From Blepharisma stoltei ATCC 30299 (taxonomy: Eukaryota > Protista > Ciliophora), in assembly GCA_965603825.1 (NCBI GenBank), contig CBFDEM010000041.1, forward strand, positions 248,001 through 312,000: DNA of 64,000 bases. The letters are read 5' to 3'. The translations under genes were made by a program, and so were the position numbers. Positions 59,379 to 64,000 of this stretch are shown piece after piece. Every line of letters begins with the position of its first letter. Position 1 is the stretch's first letter. The notes beneath the pieces were generated by a model that ran no database searches, was not told the DNA's origin, and saw only the letters and a program-made list of their open reading frames with translations.

Positions 59379-60644
59379 CTAATCATCCCACGAATCCCAA
59401 TTTTTATCACACCCCTGAGCTTTATTAGCAGGAATAGTTTGCTCTTTATAAGTCGGAGCATGATGCCCATAGATAGGTCCACGCAACGTTGGCCCATTTT
59501 CTTGGTTCTTGCTTTTAGTGTCTCTAATAAAGGTAAACTGTTTCCTATCAATTATATCAGTTTTCATCATCTTTTTCCCTTGATCCTTTGATGTCGAGTG
59601 CTTATGTCTTTGAGTGCTTGTTTGATTAGCATTGTTGCTGCTCAAGTCAGCTTTGCTAACAATCACATTATCTTGGCTTGGCCTAGGTCTTGGAGCAGAA
59701 AATTCTCTTCTCCTCAAAGTGCTTGCTTGCTTTACCTCTTCCAATCCTAATTGATCCATATCAGACAATAAATCCAGCATACCTGCTGGCTGATTAAAAG
59801 TTTCTCTAAAAGAATCTTTTCTGACATATGACTGTTCTGCCCAATTTATTGTAGAGCTCATAGTAAACTCTTTATGTACATTTTCAGATTGCAAAGCTGG
59901 CTCCCTTTTAGTTTCGGTAAAAGTGCTAATTCTTTCTCGTTTGATTTGATTTACATCTTCTTTAGAAGACCTTGGCTTGAATACTAATACAGTGTCCTTG
60001 GAGGAAGGCTCAGGATTGGATGGCAGTTTGCGATCTGAGGATTTTTTGGCAGGAGAAATTTTAGGTGCTGGGCTAGCTTCAGGGGTTGGGTCTTTAATAG
60101 CTTTGTTTTCTTGTAAGGGTTCGACACCGAAACGAGGGGAAAAGCAAGAACTATCTTCTGGCGGCTTGGTTTGTTGAGCTGGAGAGTCTTCTTGTCTAGC
60201 TTGAATGTCAAGAGATGCTGTTTTTCTGCTCAAGTCACTTGATAAAGTTGAGCATTCATCTGAGTTACCTTCTTTAGGCTTTGCTAAAATTTTGAATGCT
60301 TGGCACCAGCTGTCATAAATTTCTTTAGTTTCAGCGTATAATGTATACTTTCTTGAGGGGAATTCAACAGTAAACGCAAATTTTCAGTCGCATTGCTCTA
60401 GAAATTTTGGATCTGCTTCAAAAGAAATCAAATCTTTGATACTGTGTGTGCGCTCTGCTTTCTTTTTATTTGCGTTTGGGGTATAATAAAAACAGTCTTC
60501 GTCGAAATCTAAGACAAACCATCGTTTTGTAAAGTTTGACATGAATCTTGCAACAGCATTTTGGCTTTTCAATTTTTTGAGATAGCTTTGTACATTTGAA
60601 GGACGCTGCTGGGCTGGAGTTTGGTTGTTAAATGTGGTGCTCAT
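59379..60644 (-). CDS. N-terminal PH-domain protein with disordered tail (421 aa)
   Basis: SYLKKLKS..NFTKRWFVLD..FYY; D-W(TGA 60384)-KFAFTVEFPSRKYTLYAET..YDSWCQAF; ends NWDSWDD. Confidence 0.85.
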
Positions 60645-61276
60645 TTTTCAAAAATTATGAAGTTCTAACAGTTTTAATCCCTTTTATTGGTTTTTACTTT
60701 AAGAAAGTTTCTAATCGAAAATACAAAAAGTAATTATAACTATAAATACAGCGAAAATTAATTTGCAATATATAAATTGAATAATAAAAAGATTGACTTA
60801 GCTATCATATTAAAAGCATATAAAGTGAAATAAAACAAAAGATAAATATGGAATATCCGATTATATTGCAGAGCTAAAAATCGGTGATTTTAATCCTTTT
60901 AGATTCAGAAATCAAAATTCAATTGCTTGCATCATTTTAACTCTCTCTTAATAAATAGAAATCCTTATCAATGAAAGAAGCTTTATTTGCTTTGCACTAT
61001 TTAAAATCTCTTAAACTAGCATTTAAGATTAAGTTTACATTCTTCTATAATTTTTTCCAATCATACCCCGAAATTCTAATTTAGATTAATTGATCTTCAA
61101 ATGAAATATGATTGATTGTATTAAAGAAATGGTTACAAATTAATTTTATTCTATTCTTTAATTGCACAATTTTATCATAATTCTTATATATAGGCTTTTA
61201 ATTAAGTCTTCACCTAAATTTTCATTGAAAATAACTTCATGTCATATTAAACTTTCACCCAATTATAAGTACAAAA

Positions 61277-64000
61277 ATGAGAATGATGTCTGCTCTTGGT
61301 GGGTCCTTCTGGTCCACTTTCCGTAATTTTCAAAGCCATTCAGCATTGGATGAGCTTTTAGAAAAAGAAGATGCAACTTTGTCCGAAGTTCTTAACGAAG
61401 AAGAAACAATCCAAGAACTGAAGAGCCATAACCAAAAACTGATTGAATTGTAACTATTATTCAGCTTGAATGAAGAGCGACTTGCACAACTCATTGAGTA
61501 CATTACAGTCTTCCCTCCAGAGAACTCTCCAAAGGAGCGAGAAAATAAATACCCCTTCATCTCCTGTGAGCTCTTAAGCTGCGACGTTCCACCTGTCTTA
61601 GATAAGTTGTTCGACTCTGAGCCCCTTCTCCAACAACTATTTTCGTTTTTGCATAATGATTACATTCATCCTACACTAGCAGGATACTTCGGGAAAGTCG
61701 CTTTAACTCTAGCCAACCGTCACATAAGGGAGATTATGAAATTTGTCACTGAAAACAATTTCATTGGAGAATTGTTGAAGCATCTAGAATACAAGTCAGT
61801 TGCAGATGTAATTTTTAAGCTCTTGCTAGTTGATATTCCTGGCGAACCTGTATATCTTCCTCAAAGAATCGAAATAGTAAAAGGGCTACTTAAAGGACTG
61901 AAAGATGAAAAAAGGGAAATCCAACACCATGCTGGTCACATCCTAACTGATTTAATTAATAAAGTCACAGAAACTAACTCATGGAGGTCACTTGTCGAAG
62001 TAATCATGAATAAAGAAACACTTGAATACTTGTTCAGCGGTCTTGTTGAAGCTAACTTAGGGGTTGTAAATGCTTGTGTGAGCGTCTTAAAATCTATTAT
62101 GTCAAGCCAATATAGAGACGAACTTTTTACACTTGACCAAAAAGATAAAGATAGCTTAGAAAATGAAATGGTGACCATTCAAGAATCTGAACAAACCTGT
62201 ACATTTATTGACTGCTTTGTGCAGTCTTTAGATGGATTTATCCAGATTTTAGTAAAAGAAAGTGATGTTAAGTTTTTGACAACCTTTAATGAAAAAATCG
62301 AGGTCCTTGGAGAAGGGAGACTTAAAATAGTGGAAGCATTAAATGCTGCTATTAAAATGGAAAAGAAAGAAATTTATACCAAATTGTATGAATCTGGAGC
62401 AATGAAAGTGCTTGTAGACTTATTTTTCAGGTTTTCATGGAACTCCATGCTCCATTCGTCTTTTGAAAATATCGTTCAAGGAGTCTTATATATCAATCAC
62501 AGTGATCTTAAAACACAACTTCTTGAAGATGCCAAACTAGTCGAAAAAATTGCACAAAAAGGACTCGAACAAGTGAATTCTTATTCCAAGCTAAAGCCTG
62601 GCTATCTTGGCCACCTGAAACGAATTGCAAATTTAATCAATAAGCTCGCCCAAGCCCAACCAGAAGTGCATGCAGTTTTATTAAAATCAGAAAATTGGGA
62701 AAGCTTTAAGACTCAGTATTTAGAGGTTGAAAATAAAAAAGAAGAAGCTACGCTAGGAGATCAAAGGCTACCTACATTTGGTGATAATTTTTCAGAAGAT
62801 GAAGAAAAAGAGCAAGAACAAGAGCACGAGCATGAGAATAAGGAGCACATATTTTCTTCTTACCAAAGTAGTGACAAGAATGAATATGAAGAAGCAGAAA
62901 CGCCAGAAGAAGAAATCGAGCAAAGTGAGCCACTTAGCAAGGAAGATCTTGAATATGAGCCAGAAGATAAAGAAAAAGAAGTAAAAAATGAAGAAAACCA
63001 AGAAATTGATGTAGAAATTCCACAGCCAGCAAAGGAAGAGTTTGAGTTCGAGTTTAAAGATGAAAAGCAAGAAGAAATTGCTGATAACTATAAAGAAGAT
63101 TATGGATTTGAGATTAAAGAAAGTGAAGAAAACCCAGAAGAAAATCCGGAAGATGTTCCAACAGATGCACCAATGACTAAAGAAGAGTTAGAGTTCGAAA
63201 TTAAAGAAGAACAGCCTACAGTTGAGCCTGAGAGTATTCAAGAAGAAGTTACAGAAGTTCAACCTGAAGAAATAAAAGAAGAGGTAGAGACAACTGAAGA
63301 ATCTAAAGAAGAGGTGGAGATAACAGAAGAGCCTAAAGAAGAGGTGGAGATAACTGAAGAGCCTAAAGAAGAGGTGGAGAAAACAGAAGAGCCTAAAGAA
63401 GAGATCCAAAATGAAGAAAGTCATATTGATGAAATCATTGAAATCGAGAAAAATGATGAAGAGTCAAAAGCGGAAGAAACTGAGACTACTGCAGAAAATA
63501 CTAATATTCCTGATACTGAGCCTACAGCTGAAGAAGCCAAAGATGAGGGTGAACAAGAAACAGGTCTAAGTCAAACAGTCCAAATTGTATCTGTTCAATG
63601 GGATGAAACAAATGAAAGTGAAGAAACAGGTCTTACTCAAACAGCAGAAATTGTATCAGTTGAATTTGTTGAGACTAAAGAAAATATTGCTTCTGAAACA
63701 GTAGAGACTGCAGTTGAAGAAATACAAACTCAACCTGAAGACCAATCAGGACAAACCCAAACTGTTGAAATTGTATCTGTCGAATTTGATACAGTTATTG
63801 AAATACCTGAAGCAGCTCAGCCTTCAATAGAGGAAGTAAAAACTGAGGCTAAAGAAGAAGAAAATTTAACTCAAACCACTGAAATCGCATCAGTTGAGTT
63901 TCAAGTTGTTCAAGAAACCTCAGAGCCCACATTTGAAGCTCAAAACTCTCAACCCGAATCTGAAGAAACTAAAGAAAGTGCAGCTGAAGAAGTAATAGAG
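61277..64000 (+). CDS. SIT4-associated (SAPS / PP6 regulatory subunit) protein with very long acidic repetitive tail; runs off the window end
   Basis: SFW..LDELLEKEDATLSEVLNEEETIQELKSHNQKLIEF (15-nt intron 61450-61464), KYPFISCELL, LAGYFGKV, LGEGRLKIVE, DLFFRFSWNSMLH, GYLGHLKRIAN. Confidence 0.92.
61450..61464 (+). other. 15-nt spliceosomal intron
   Basis: GTAACTATTATTCAG; removes an in-frame TAA and restores KLIEFL. Confidence 0.92.
63266..63403 (+). repeat. Coding tandem repeat, 30-bp unit, about 4.6 copies (EEPKEEVEIT)
   Basis: GAAGAGCCTAAAGAAGAGGTGGAGATAAC(T/A)-like units start at 63266, 63296, 63326, 63356 and (partial) 63386. Confidence 0.9.
63557..63901 (+). repeat. Four dispersed coding repeats x(S/T)QTx(E/Q)I(V/A)SV(E/Q)(F/W)
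   Basis: GLSQTVQIVSVQW, GLTQTAEIVSVEF, GQTQTVEIVSVEF and NLTQTTEIASVEF, separated by acidic linkers. Confidence 0.8.

Noticed and set aside
63266-63403. 30-bp repeats as a CRISPR-like array
   Set aside because: The units are directly adjacent with no spacers and lie in frame in a eukaryotic CDS.

Overview
This is eukaryotic, AT-rich, very gene-dense DNA with about 45 protein-coding genes in 64 kb. It does not use the standard genetic code. In-frame TGA falls repeatedly on conserved Trp positions (UCH W-IPLESNPEV, IQ motif RG-W, CBM48, PP2C DGVGE-W, Rb pocket B I-W, RPP14 KL-W, sphingomyelinase W-TGD, MORN YEGE-W, CDK EET-W-PG), while TAA and TAG end genes. Seven 15-16 nt GT-AG introns were found, each with A at -6. 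This combination matches the macronuclear genome of a heterotrich ciliate of the Blepharisma type (inferred, not database-checked). The supplied ORF track therefore fragments many genes, and models here are rebuilt with TGA=Trp and tiny introns. Recognisable genes include a MARK/SNF1-like kinase, UCH-L, a YY1-like zinc finger, an IQ+CBM48+PTC7-type PP2C, a BPI/LBP-like protein, IFT25, DNAJA, a RECQL4-like helicase, a minimal Rb pocket protein, RPP14, acid sphingomyelinase, eIF1A, a METTL21-like methyltransferase, a MORN protein, a tesmin/LIN54 CXC protein, PRDX5, a 1619-aa FN3/filamin/PA14 surface protein, DUF229, tandem RING-WWE-like paralogs, a PSTAIRE CDK, a PH protein and a SAPS/PP6R subunit. 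The most interesting unexplained signal is a ~280-nt non-coding, multi-helix element at 18.70-18.98 kb between RECQL4 and Rb, which I cannot assign to a known RNA family. No rRNA, tRNA, CRISPR, transposon or telomere array was seen.
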